The notes under the pieces: model-generated
Told to the model about the DNA's origin: nothing
The model's input: the letters and a program-made list of their open reading frames with translations, nothing else
The model's database searches: none
Position numbers and translations under genes: made by a program
Source of the DNA: Octopus vulgaris
Taxonomy: Eukaryota
Assembly (NCBI GenBank): GCA_951406725.2
Contig: OX597814.1
Coordinates: forward strand, 110,236,001-110,300,000
Length of the DNA: 64,000 nucleotides
Reading direction: 5' to 3'
Shown: positions 11,994 to 24,410 of the stretch, one piece after another
How positions within the stretch are numbered: position 1 is the stretch's first letter
Layout: every line of letters starts with the position of its first letter

Positions 11994-12379
11994 TTATACT
12001 GTGAAATTTGATTTAATACTAAATTGAATTTTTCCCTGTAAGTTTGGAGTTATACTCCCTAATATTCTTCATCATCATCATCGTCATCATCATTGTTTAG
12101 CATCTGCTTTCCATGCTAGCATGGGTTGGACGGTTCATCTGGGGTCTGGGAAGCCAGAAGGCTGCACCAGGCCCAGTCTGATCTGGTAATGTTTCTACAG
12201 CTGGATGCCTTTCCTAATGCCAACCACTCGTGAGTGTAGAGGGTGCTTTTTACATGCCACTGGCACAGGTGCCAGACGAGGCTGGCAAACGGCCCTGATT
12301 GGATGGTGCATTTTACGTGCCACCGGCACGGGAAAAGTGTTAACAGGTTCTGGTGACGATTGAACTCACGACTTTCTGC

Positions 12380-12455
12380 GTGTATATATATATATGTATA
12401 TATATATGTATATATATATGTATATATATATATATATATATATGTATATGTATAT

Positions 12456-12489
<34 letters not shown>

Positions 12490-12764
12490 GTATATGTATA
12501 TATATATATGTATATATATATATGTATATATGTATATGTATATATATGTATATATATATATGTATATATATATATGTATATATATATATGTATATGTATA
12601 TATGTATATGTATATATGTATATGTATATATGTATATGTATATATGTATATGTATATATGTATATATATATATATGTATATATATATATGTATATGTATA
12701 TATGTATATGTATATATATGTATATGTATATATATATATGTATGTATATGTATATGTGTATATA

Positions 12765-12811
<47 letters not shown>

Positions 12812-12820
12812 ATGTATGAT
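12380..12820. repeat. (TA)n/(TATG)n compound microsatellite
   Basis: Read directly; explains the YI/IY ORFs. Confidence 0.98.
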
Positions 12821-13942
12821 AAAGAGAGGGCTTATTGAATGTCTACTTGATCTATTGGTGAAATTTAGGGTGGTTCCACCTTGCAACTGTAGTTTTGGTA
12901 CTGCAAAGAACTGAAGTCAAAGACAGACCTTCAGAAATTACCAAATGACAGTGTGCAGAGGAAGTGTGTAGAACTTTACTGTCTGACCTATTAGGTTTGC
13001 AGAAATATCAGTTTTTATTTAGAAATACCACTCTTCATTTCAATCTTGGTTGTTTACTGACTTTTCGTATGACATTCACATCAGCTGGAGAACTGGAATC
13101 TACTGCAACACACATGTTTGGTTTTCCCGCCTCCATGAAATAGTATCTGTTGTGCTTAGAACTGAAGTCTGGCAGCAGAATTACGCGAGGATCTTCTCAC
13201 CAATATTCCTTCTCCACACTGCAAGTATCAAGATTTTATTTAGTTTGTCTTTGTCAATTATTATGATGTTGATGGTTACAGGTTTTTCACTGGGTCACTG
13301 CATGTACAGTGGTCAGAGAGTATCGAGGGAGTGTCTGTGTACAATACGGGTGGAACAAATATCACAATGTTTTTTTTATTGTTCAGAAGCGTTTGTTTAT
13401 TTTATTTGACAACATTTTCATTTTTGTCAGTATACATCAGCAAAAGATATAAAAAATACACTCATTCATGTATGCGTGCACACACACACACACATCATCA
13501 TCATCATCATCATGTTTTTTTCCCATGCTGGCACACGTTGGATGGTTTCAAAGGTTCAAATGACTTGTAGGACACACATGTCTTACTCCAAGTCTCAGTT
13601 CTTGCGTAGTTTCTGTGGCTGGGTGTCTCTCCTAATGCCAACCACTCCAAGAGTGTAGTAGGTGCCTTTTACATGCCACCAGCACAAGTGCCATTGATAT
13701 GACACCGGGCATGACCATGATCTCACCTGGCTTGACAGGTCTACACAAGCACAGTACATCTGGTGATATTACTGGGGAATGCTTCTCACTTCTGGGTTTA
13801 TTTTTTCCTGATGTTGAAAAATCATTATCAGAGAGTACAAGATTGTTCCGAAGAGGCTGGTGTTGGTGTGAACTTGCCATGAGCAGCAGAAAATCCAACA
13901 TTTTTGGCAGCACTAGGCCATGTGCCTTCAGCATGTGTATGT

Positions 13943-13985
<43 letters not shown>

Positions 13986-14046
13986 TACGTATGTGAATGT
14001 ATATGTATGCATGTGTATATATATCATATATATGTGTGTGTGTGTG

Positions 14047-14290
14047 AAGGTTCATGGCTTAGTGGTTAGGGTGTTGCACTCATGATTGTGAGATCGTGGG
14101 TTCAATTCTCAGACCGGGTGTTGCATTGTGTTCTTGAGCAAAAGCACTTCATTTCATGTTGCTCTGCGATCATTTTGACATCTGACATGTGACATCCATT
14201 GCACCTTTACAGGTAATGTCAATTTGATGGAGGGAGTGAGCTTATGTCTACACAAACATTTGATTACTATAAACAAATCATCTGTGTGGT
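14047..14290 (+). mobile_element. tRNA-headed CORE-like SINE, family C
   Basis: tggcttagtggttagg A-box, gggttcaattc B-box, tgtgttcttgagcaa. Same head as 45196-45445. Confidence 0.7.
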
Positions 14291-14871
14291 TGGTTGTTTA
14301 GTAAGAAATTGTCGAACCCTCATACGTCACCTAACAACAGGAGAAATTGAAATCAAATTCGATGACTGGCATCTGTGCTAGTGGAGCGCTAAGAGTACCA
14401 TACGAGTGAGATCGGAGCCAGAGCAACAAGCTGGCCTCCAAGCCAATGGCATTTAAAAAGCACCATTCAAGCATGATCGTTACCGCGTCGCCTTACTAGT
14501 ACTTGTGCTGGTGGCATGTAAAAAACATTTGAGCGAGGTCGTTGCCAGTGCCGCTGGACTGGCTCCTGTGCAGGTGGCACATAAAAAGCACCATTTGAGC
14601 ATGGCCATTGCCAGTACTGCCTGACTGGTACTTGTACCGGTGGCACGTAAAAGCACCCACTACACTCTCGGAGAGGTTGGCGTTAGGAAGGGCATCCAGC
14701 TGTTGAAACTCTGCCAGATCAGATTGGTGTCTGGTGCAGCCATCTGGTTTGCCAGACCTCAGTCAAATCGTCCAACCCATGCTAGCATGGAAAACAGATG
14801 TTAAACGATGATGATGATGATATGGGGAAAAAGTCAAGGTAGAAAATGCTAAAATAATTTTATAAAAAATA

Positions 14872-14913
14872 TTTCTGTACCGGTTTCAGTCATTGAGACC
14901 TTTTCAACTGTAA
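14872..14913 (-). ncRNA. Hammerhead-like motif, family H3 (U3:A8 variant), decayed
   Basis: UUACAG-UUGAAAA-GGUC-ucaau-GACU-GAA-ACCGGU-A-CAGAAA. Palindromic helix III, GUA triplet; helix I pairs only 4 of 6. Confidence 0.55.
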
Positions 14914-15094
14914 GTTTGGAAAACAATTAAATTTTGGAAAAATTAAAAGAAAAGTTTTTTAAAAGAATATTCGCATAGTATTCAAATACAAGGGGCATTT
15001 TCCTTGATTCTGCCTGTCTCTGTCTCTCTTGTTTACTCTTGCAGATCAACTTGTGTGTTCCTTTTCAACCTTCTACACACACACATATATATAG

Positions 15095-15125
<31 letters not shown>

Positions 15126-15215
15126 CAACAATTGAGGGTAAAATTAATTAATTAATCAATTTCACCAAGTATTCAGTATACAAAGGGACCATTTAAGGCG
15201 AATTCAAATTATTAC

Positions 15216-15433
15216 ATTATATAAAAGGGCTTAGTAAAATAAATTACTTTGCCGCATACTGAACTCATTAGAAATAGCAGCTAAAAAAACTTTTTTAAAA
15301 CTATCTCCAATACTTAAAGAAAAGGTTTTCTTTAAGTATTGGAGATAGTTTTAAAAAAGTTTTTTTAGCTGCTATTTCTAATGAGTTCAGTATGCGGCAA
15401 AGTAATTTATTTTACTAAGCCCTTTTATATAAT
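15216..15433. repeat. Perfect palindrome, 108-bp arms, 2-nt spacer
   Basis: 15216-15323 versus 15326-15433; no mismatch seen. Confidence 0.95.
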
Positions 15434-15556
15434 ATATATATATATATATATATTAATAAAAATGGTAAGATAACAATAGAAAGAAAGAGACCTTGATATT
15501 ATGTAAATAGAGGAATTTATCTGTAAATGTAATATGTGACAATTATTCAGTAGCCA

Positions 15557-15619
15557 AGATAAAACTCCAAGTTTCGGATGCCGAGGTGGAGATCCCCGCC
15601 ACCATCTCTTCAGTTATCC
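15557..15619 (-). ncRNA. Type I hammerhead motif, family H4 (C3:G8)
   Basis: GGAUAA-CUGAAGA-GAUGGUGG...CCACC..CAUC-C-GAA-ACU-ugg-AGU-U-UUAUCU. 6-bp helix I, intact core, GUU triplet. Confidence 0.75.
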
Positions 15620-15964
15620 AGCCATATGGATGGTGGTTGCCTCACCTTGTACATTATTAGTATTGTTTTCTTGAATCTAGTCACATTTACAAAATGACTT
15701 TTCTGTCCAACTGCAAACTGTTTAAATAAACAACACAATGAAAGAAGACTTTCTCAGCAATGCCACTCTGCTACTATACACTGACCAAATGTTGTTTTGG
15801 CCTTGGAAGATTTTGCATACAATAAGATCTGTGAATTAAACTGTTTACAGTTTATCAGTTAAAACCATGCAACAAAATAATCTCTTAAAGGATTAAGAGA
15901 TTACTTTCATTTAATCAATCTGGCCAAACCCAAAATACTTCTGGTATGTGTCAACACAATATAG

Positions 15965-16268
15965 AGCAACAGTTTTCAACTGGGGTCCATGTAAGCAAAA
16001 TAGGAAAATTGGGGGTCCGTATTAGTATTTTAAAGGTCCAGTGGAAAACTTTTGGTTTAGACATATTCATTGCTAGAAACAGTTAAATTTCTTTCTCGAA
16101 TGTTTTTCATTGTTCAAACTACTCAGGTTAACGTGTGAAAAGTAAAACAGGAATTTTGAATGAAGCATCTTGAAAACTAGTTTTTAAACATCAAATGGCT
16201 TTGGGAGTTCTCTGGAATAAAATAGTATTTTCAGGGGTCCACAGATTAAGAAAAGTTGTGAGCCATTG
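15965..16268. mobile_element. hAT-type MITE (decayed)
   Basis: Subterminal ggggtcc motifs and ends resembling 20092-20349. Confidence 0.5.
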
Positions 16269-16276
16269 TTTTAGAC

Positions 16277-16700
16277 TTTGTACTTGTACTTGTGACAACG
16301 TTCACCCAGGGCGGGTTGAGCCGGCTTCTTCTCTGGACCTGACGGCATCACGAACCATGGCGGCCCAAGCTCAACGGTCCTGTGCAAGGTCACTGGAGAT
16401 TGCGAGCCATTCGTGGTTCCATCTGCACAGACCGACCTCCTGCGGACCTGAGAGTTCGGAGAGGTCCTCCTTTATCGCCTTTGCCCAGGTCTTCAGCTGC
16501 CCGCCCATGTATTTGCGCCAGTTGGGAAGTGGAGGTGGGAGGAGGACATCACAAATCAGCTCACTCTTTGGACACCAGGCTGCATGAATGAACCACCTTA
16601 AGTGCCGTTGTAGAAGCACTGAAGGGAGGGGCCAGAGATTCAGGCGATGACGAAGACTGGCTGTAGGAACTGTTTTAGAGGAAGAATTTCAACCATGTTT
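16277..16700 (-). pseudogene. RTE-clade LINE ORF2 C-terminal fragment
   Basis: LLQRHLRWFIHAA...WRKYMGGQLKTWAKAIKEDL...DLAQDR*AWAAMVRDA, then a (caagta)n tail. Confidence 0.8.
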
Positions 16701-18569
16701 CGTGGTTTGCTACTTCAACAGCTCCTTTATAAAATCCAGTGGCTAAAGACATCATCAGGCGGAACCATGTCCGGTTTCAGCCCCTACCCTTCTTCTGTTT
16801 GCGACGTGGTGCCCTCTTCTTTCAGAGGTGTCTTCAGCTCTGGTATTGAGTACATTTCTTCTTTCTCTATTTTTTTTTTATTCTTTGGTTTCTTCGCTGC
16901 AGCGTTAACAAATCTCAGTGGGCAAGTGACCATCCTGCCAAATTTTCCTTTGTGGGTTGGAGGAAGTGAAAATACTGTCTGTTATCATAATCATAGCCAT
17001 CATCACCATCAGTGTTATTACCATCATCATCATCGTTTTAATGTCTCTATTTTTTCCATGCTTGCATGGGTCTGACAAAACTTATTGAGGCAGATTTTGT
17101 ATGGCCAAATGTCCTTCCTGTCACCGAACTTCACCTGTTTCCAAATAAGATAATATTTTTCTCCATGGCCAGACATGTTTTCATGGAAGATTGGAACTGA
17201 AGGATACCACATGCATGATGGTGATACTCATTTACATCCATCATGTGGGATGAACACAGGGGTACACAAACATACACACAAAAATATACATTCATACATA
17301 CATATATATACACAACAGGCTTGTCATCATTTAACATCTGTTTCAGGAAGGGCATCCAGCTCCAATCTGATCTGGCAATGTTTTTACAGCTGGATGTAAC
17401 ACCAACCACTCCTAACACCAACCACTCCAAAAGTGTAGTGGGTTCCTTTTACATGCCACCGGCACGGGAGCCAGTCGGGGCAGGGGGGGGCTAACATCGA
17501 CCACATTCAGATAATGCTTTTTACGTGCCACTGCACAGGAAGCCAGTCAGGCAGCATTGGCGATGATCCATGCATGAATGGTGCTTATTGAGTGCCACTA
17601 GCACAGGAGTCAGTCAGGTGGCACTGGGAAATGTCACAACTACAATTTTCATTTGATTTTGTATACAATGAGCTTACACGTACATATATACATTTACGAT
17701 GGGCTTCTTTCAGTTTCCATCTACCAAATCCACTCACAAGTTTTTGATTGGTCTGGAGTTTTAGTAGAAGACACTTAGCCAAGGTAACTCACAGAGGGAT
17801 TGAACTCAAAACCTCATGGTTGGGAAGCAAGCTTTTCAACGACAGAGCCATACTTACTGTCACGAGCTGGCAAAATGCTCAGCAGTATTTCATCTGTTGC
17901 TATGTTGAGTTCAAATTCCACTGAGTTCGACTTTGCCTTTCATCCTTTCAGGGTCGATAAATTAAGTACCAGTCAAGTTCTGGGGTCGATGTGATCAATT
18001 GTTCCCCCTCCTCATAAAAATCCAGGCTTTGTGACAATAGCGGAAAGTATTATGAGCAACATCACCATCATCAACATTACTATCATCTCAACAAGATTAC
18101 CATCATCATCATCATCATCATCATCAACATCACCAACATCACAATTTCAGTATCTCCATTATCATTGCCCTCATCACCACCATCCCCAACAACATTCCCA
18201 TCATCATCACCATCATTGCCATCAGCAGCAGCCGCAGTAGAGACAGGATTTACCTTGTAACCTAATATTTATTGATTTTTTCCTCCACAGCCGATAGCGA
18301 AAAGATCAATCAATGCACAATGTAATTGTGTCAGTTTGGTTTGAATACATTATCTGGAATGAATCCTTGTGTGGAGAGGGAGAGGGGATTGACCAATCTG
18401 GAGGAGGGGAAAGATCCAGAGATATCGAGCCGGTGGGTGGAGGAGATGCAGCAGCAGCCGACCATTTTCTTGGCTTTCTGTCTTGAACACACACACACAC
18501 GCACAGAAATGGGGATATGTATGGGTGTGTTTGTATATAGGCATGCATATATAAACGTATGCATGTGTG

Positions 18570-18853
18570 TGTTTGTTATTGCCCAAGCATATGGTCCTTG
18601 GTTCAATCCCACTGCATAGCAAGTGTCTTCTACTATATAGTCTTGGACCAGTCAAAACCCTGAAAGTGGATTTGGTAGGGGAAACTGAGAGAAGCTCATT
18701 GTGTGTGTGTTTGTTATTTCCCAAGCACATGGTCCTTGGTTCAATCCCACTGCATGGCAAGTGTCTACTACTATATAGCCTTGGATCAGTCAAAGCCTTG
18801 AGAGTGGATTTGGTAGAGGAAACTGAGAGAAGCTCATTGTGTGTGTATGTGAC

Positions 18854-18915
<62 letters not shown>

Positions 18916-19050
18916 CCCAAGCACATGGTCCTTGGTTCAATCCCACTGCATGGCAAGTGTCTTCTACTATATAGCTTTGGATAAGTCAAAGCCTTGAGAG
19001 TGGATTTGGTAGGGGAAACTGAGAGAAGCTCATTGTGTGTGTGTGTGTGT
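18570..19050 (+). repeat. Three tandem 5'-truncated family B SINE units joined by (GT)n
   Basis: Near-identical ~135-bp units start at about 18570, 18710 and 18910. Confidence 0.85.
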
Positions 19051-19069
19051 ATGTAATGGTACAAGTCAT

Positions 19070-19290
19070 GAAAGGGTCAGAGAGAGAATTATAGTGAAGC
19101 TAATCTGAGTGAGACTTAATTGAGAAGGGTTATGGTTTGGATGAGTGCCAGGGTGTAGAACCACCAATGCAATCTTCATAGTGAAGCAACTGCAGGGGGC
19201 GAAGTTCTTAACCAATCCCAAACCATTGCACCTATCACCTGGAGGTTTAGAGAAGTTTTGAAACAGAGAAACAGGGTCCAGAATCACGAT
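19070..19290 (+). pseudogene. Decayed non-LTR reverse transcriptase fragment
   Basis: FG*VPGCRTTNAIFIVKQLQ matches the QxGFxPGRSTxDAIFxxRQLQEK motif of RTE-type RT. Confidence 0.65.
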
Positions 19291-19296
19291 GCTTAA

Positions 19297-19517
19297 CCCT
19301 TTTGTTACCAACCCGGCTGAAACCGGCTCTGGCTCTGTTGTACAAATGTCTTGTTTTCTTAAGGTTTTAATTAAAATTTTCCACCAAACCTTAGTCACAA
19401 TTTATGTTCCTAACACTAGCTGAATGATAACTAAGTTATTTTACTAAATTCTTTGTTATATTTAAAGTAATTGAAAGAAACACAGAACATCTCAAAATAA
19501 ATACAGTAACGAAAGGG
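19297..19517 (-). mobile_element. piggyBac-type MITE, family 1
   Basis: TTAA|CCC...GGG|TTAA; reverse complement of 3156-3377. Confidence 0.85.
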
Positions 19518-20091
19518 TTAACCCTTTTGTTACAATATTTCTGTTGAAATCTATGTCTTTGCTTCAATTAAGTTTGAAGTTACTCTTTACTCTCTTTACT
19601 GTTTTACTTGTTTCCAGTCATTTGACTGTGGCCATGCTGGAGCACCGCCTTTAGTCGAACAAATCGACCCCAGGACTTCTTCTTTGTAAGCCTAATACTT
19701 ATTTTATCGTTCTCTTATGCTGAAGCACTAAGTTACGGGGATGTAAACGCACCAGCATCGGTTGTCAAGCGATGTTGGGGTGGGGGTGGGGGAAAGCACT
19801 GACACACAAACATATACACACACTCACACATATATACACATATATACGATGGGCTTCTTTCAGTTTCTGTCTACCAAATCCACTCACAAGGCTTTGGTCG
19901 ACCCGAGGCTATAGTAGAATACACTTGCCCAAGGTGCCATGCAGTGGGACGGAACCCAGCACCATGTGGTTCATAAGCAAGCTACTTACCACACAGCCAC
20001 TCCTATGCCTATAGTTCTTGAAGAATTTAGTGAAATTATTTTGTTGTTATTAAAGTGGTGCTTGGAACATTAATTAACATCTAATTTCGAT

Positions 20092-20349
20092 CAGTGGTTC
20101 TCAGCTGGGGTTCATATGGTCCTTGCAGGGGTCCATGTAAGATTTTGTCTTTTAAATTCATGTGCAATAAATTAGTTGTACTTCTGCAAGACACAAAATA
20201 TTTTGACAACCATTTTCTACAATTCTTAATTTTATTCAATTATAAGAACACGAAAAGATTTTTTTAAACACTGAATGGTTAGGAGGGTGCAGTAAAGCAA
20301 AATAGGAATCAAAAAGGGTCCACTGGTAAAAAATGGTTGAAAACCACCA
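20092..20349. mobile_element. hAT-type MITE
   Basis: cagtggttctca / tgaaaaccacca ends; 8-bp flanks atttcgat and atttagat (7/8). Confidence 0.7.
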
Positions 20350-20373
20350 ATTTAGATCAATATAAAATATAAA

Positions 20374-20924
20374 TTACAGAGATGTACTTGCATAGCAAGT
20401 GACTTGATCTGAGATCATGGGCTGAAAGAAAAAAAACTGCAGCAGGGAAGATGTTTGTAAGCCATTTAAGAACACACAAAAACCCGTTAGTTTCACTTCA
20501 ACATTTAAACCTTTCATTACTGTATTTATTTTGAGATGCTCTGTGTTTCTTTCAATTAATTTTAAATATAACAAAGAATTTAGTGAAATAACTTAATTAT
20601 CATTAAGCTAGTGTTAGGAACATAAATTGTGACTAAGGTTTGGTGGAAGATTTTAATTTAAAACTTTTGAAAACAAGACATTTGTACTACAGAGCCAGAG
20701 CTGGTTTTAGGTGGGTTGGTAATGAAAGGGTTAAACTTAATTTGTGTCAAAATATTTTCATAGCTTTGAAACCGTGACCTGTTCACTGACAAAACTTCGA
20801 AGTTTTGTCAGTGAACAGGTCACGGTTTCAAAGCTACAAACATATTTTGACACAAATTAAGTTTAAATGTTGAAGTGAAACCAACGGTTTTTTTGTGTGT
20901 TCTTAAATGGCTTACAAACATCTT
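20374..20924. mobile_element. Fold-back copy of family H5 with two opposed G3:C8 hammerhead motifs
   Basis: Palindrome centre at 20798/20799; homologous to 61883-62088; motifs at 20745-20793 (-) and 20804-20852 (+). Confidence 0.75.
20509..20730 (+). mobile_element. piggyBac-type MITE, family 1, in the left palindrome arm
   Basis: TTAA on both sides; the right arm has a single TTAA at the equivalent (empty) site. Confidence 0.9.
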
Positions 20925-21019
20925 ACACACTGAAATTAAATATAAAATTTATATTATAGATCCAGGGCTATTCCAGGCATGTTGGTATCAAAAGAGATGT
21001 GAATTTAAGCTAAGAGGAA

Positions 21020-21720
21020 AGACTTAGCAGTAAAAATAATAGAATAGAATAACTATTATCTTGGAAGTAACCATGGTCAGTATGCAGAAACAGAGCAGGT
21101 AGGCACTGTATACCAGTAGGCACTGTATATTGCATAGCAATACAAACATTGTGCATACAAAGTGTGCAGTGAGATCTTGGCAGAAAGATGTTTTTGATAA
21201 TGGAAAAGATGTTTTTCATACGTAACAGATATACAGGAGTTGTTTGCAGTTAGAGTTAGCCAAAAAATGAAGCCTTTTGACTGCTCAGATAGAATTAGCT
21301 GATAGCTTCTGTTACCAAGGTGATCTAATAACACAGTTATCAGTAGTGGAGGTGAGTGTATTGAAAGCATAGCAGCCAAATTAAGAACAGATGAAAAAAT
21401 TTCAAGGAGTTTTATTGCCTTAGTTGGCAAAGAGAGTGAAAGGCCAGTTGTGTGATGTTTGCTTAGGAAATACATTATTATATGGCATGAAAACAGGGAC
21501 ATGTAATGGAAAGATTTGCCAAGATTGTTCAGAAGGAAAATGCTTGGATGCGTTGACATACATGAGCCATGGCTCATAAAGGAAGTGATTGGCAGGGGCA
21601 TGTGGCTATAAAAGAAACCAGATGTTGTGTTCAAGATTAAAGACTGCAGTTGATGCATATAGTCTGTGCTTGTAGAAATATGTGATACATACAGTCGAGT
21701 GAAGAAATATCAAACAATCC
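21020..21720 (+). pseudogene. Highly decayed RTE RT C-terminal region
   Basis: Remnants of the Cys-rich motif (PWSVCR...VHTKCS) and DSFCYQGDLI (FxYLG-like); many stops. Confidence 0.55.
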
Positions 21721-23625
21721 AAATGTAATAAAAAGCTTGTGGAAGGAAAAGGACATGGGCAGAATTAAGTACAGATGTGTGTGTGTGTGTGCTTCCTTGT
21801 CTTGTCATCATGTGATAGTTGTAAATGAGTGTTACTGTCATACAAGCGGTGTCATTCCTTTCCAATATTCTACAAAAACATGTCTGGCTATGGAGAAACT
21901 ATTACTTTGCTTGGAAACAAATGAAGGTTGGTGACAGGAAGAGTGCCCAGCCAAAGAAAATCTACCTCACTGAATTCCATCCAATCCATGGAAAAGAGGA
22001 TATTAAAATGAAAATAAAAGATGGTGAGCCGTCAGAATCATGAGGAAGCCAGGAAAAATGCTTAGTGTCCGTTTGTCTTTACATTCTGAGTTCAAATTCT
22101 GCCAAGGTCAACCTTGCTTTTCACTTTTTTGGAGTTGATAAAAAAGGTACCAGCTGAGCATTGGGGTTGATGTAATCGACTTGCCCTCAGCTCCTGAAAT
22201 TGCTGGCCTTGTGCCAAAATTAGAAACCAGTAGAAAATCTTCTGTATTTTAAGTTGTGTTCAGTCTAAAGCACTTTCATCAGGAGTGGCTGTGTAGTAAG
22301 TAGCTTGCTTATCAACTACATGGTTCCGGGTTCAGTCCCATTGCATGGTATCTTGGGCAAGTGTCTTCTATAGCCTCAGGCCAACCAAAGCTTTATGAGT
22401 GGATTTGGTAGACGGAAACTGAAAGAAGCCTATCATATATACATATGTGTATGTATGTTTGTGTGCATGTCTGTGTTTGTCCCCCACACCATCGCTTGAC
22501 AACTGATGGTGGTGTGTCTACATCACCGTAACTTCGCAGTTCGGCAAAAGAGGCCAATAGAATAAGTACTAGGCTTACAAAGAATAAGTCCTGGGGTCGA
22601 TGTGTTCGGCTAAAAATATGATGCTCCAGCATCATATTAAATAAGTACCAGTTACGCACTGGGGTCGATGTAATCGACTTAATCCATTTGTCTGTCCTTG
22701 TTTGTCCTCTCTTTGTTTAGCCCTCTGTGGGTAGTAAAGAAATAGGTTGTTGATTTATTTATTTTGGAAGTGTCAAGGAACATGGGGGAAAAGTTATTTT
22801 AGACAACAGTACAAACCTCAAGCGCCAAAAGCATCAGCTTTCTCTTGGTTTGTTTGTTTCTTTGTTTTTTCCATAGTAAAAATCACTGTCAAGAGGTTGT
22901 AAGTAGTCTCTGTGAGGCGGGTGGGGGGTGGCTGAGCTGGGGCTGCAACTGTTTTCTCTTATCAGTAGATAGCAGTGCTGGTGGTGAAGGTGATGGGAGT
23001 TGTTTGTTTTCGCTTCTTTTTTTGCTTCTTTGCTGTTGTTTTTTCTGATGTTAAAATGTTTTAATATTTTAATCAAGCAGGATTAATCCCTCCCACATCA
23101 GCGTTTCTGAATTACTGTTATATATTATTATATACACTCATACGCACGCACACACACACACATATATGTAATGCAGCTATATATATATATCTGTATCTAT
23201 ATCTATCTATATATATATTTATATATGTTCTTTCTATTCTTTTACTTGTTTATCATTTGACTGTGGCCATGCTGGAGCACCACCTTTAGTTGAACAAATT
23301 GACTCCAGGACTCATTCTTTGTAAGCCTAATACTTATTCTATCAGTCTCTTTTGCTGAACCACTAAGTTACGGGGATGTGAACTCAACAGCATTGGTTGT
23401 CAAGCGATGATGGGGGGCACAAACAGATACACAAACACACACACACATATATATACGACGGGCTTCTATCAGTTTCCGTCTACCAAATCCACTCACAAGG
23501 GTTTGGTTGGCCCGAGGCTGTAGTAGAAGACATTTGCCTAAGGTATCATGCAGTGGGACTGAACCCAGAACTATGTGGTTGGTAAGCAAGCTACTTACTC
23601 TATATATATATATACATATATATAT

Positions 23626-23660
<35 letters not shown>

Positions 23661-24372
23661 TACACACATGTGAAAATGTTGGCACAAATGTGGCTCTGTG
23701 ATGAAAAGATTGCATCTCAACCACATGGTTCTGGGTTCAGTCTCATTGTGTGGCACTATGAGTAAGTGTCTCCTGCTATAGCCTTGGGCCGACTGGAGCC
23801 TTGTGAGTGGATTTGGTAGACAGAAACTGAAAGAAGCCCATCATGTGTGTGTGTCTTTGAGTCTGTGTTTGTCCCCCACCTACATCACTTCACAACCAGT
23901 GCTGGTGTGTTTACATCCCTAGAAATAAAGAATGCAGTTATCAATAAAAGCATTAAAGCTAATGCATGCAAGATCTCACAAGCCTAGCATCACTCCTTCA
24001 TAGCTTCTGAAATTTTCAACCCACCCTCATACTGTCCCTCTTATCCATTGCCATGATGGCAGCTAAAGTAGAAATCGTTGATATTATTATTAAAGCAGTG
24101 AGCTGGCGGATTCGTTATGCACATTGGGCAAAATGCTTAACTGCATTTCGTTCTGAGTTCAAATTCCACCAAAGTCAACTTTCCCTGTCATCCTTTCAGG
24201 GGTGATAAAAATAAGTACCAGTTGAGTACTGGGGTCAATGTAATCAACTATCCCCCTCCCCCACATTTCAGGCCTTGTGCCTGTAGTAGAAAGGATTCTT
24301 CTTCTTCTTCTTCTTCTTCTTCTCCTCCCCTTCCTCTCCTCCTCCTCCTCCTCCTTCTTCTTCTTCTTCTTC

Positions 24373-24410
<38 letters not shown>

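Noticed and set aside
12116-12914. Long ORFs of 141-256 aa (also 26840-27433, 50702-51282, 62785-63573)
   Set aside because: Read-through of stop-free microsatellites; low complexity only.
12900-13400. Unique-looking sequence with a 119-aa ORF
   Set aside because: No motif or homology recognised; non-ATG start.
15377-15405. CUAAUGA...AAAG hammerhead in the large palindrome
   Set aside because: G5 and GAAA are both altered, and helices I and III do not pair.
16690-16790. Minus-strand CUGAUGA flanked by two GAAAC motifs
   Set aside because: No topology gives three helices; helix I would be only 4 nt in total.
18255-18480. Splice acceptor (ttttttcctccacag) and possible exon
   Set aside because: No recognisable protein and no convincing donor.
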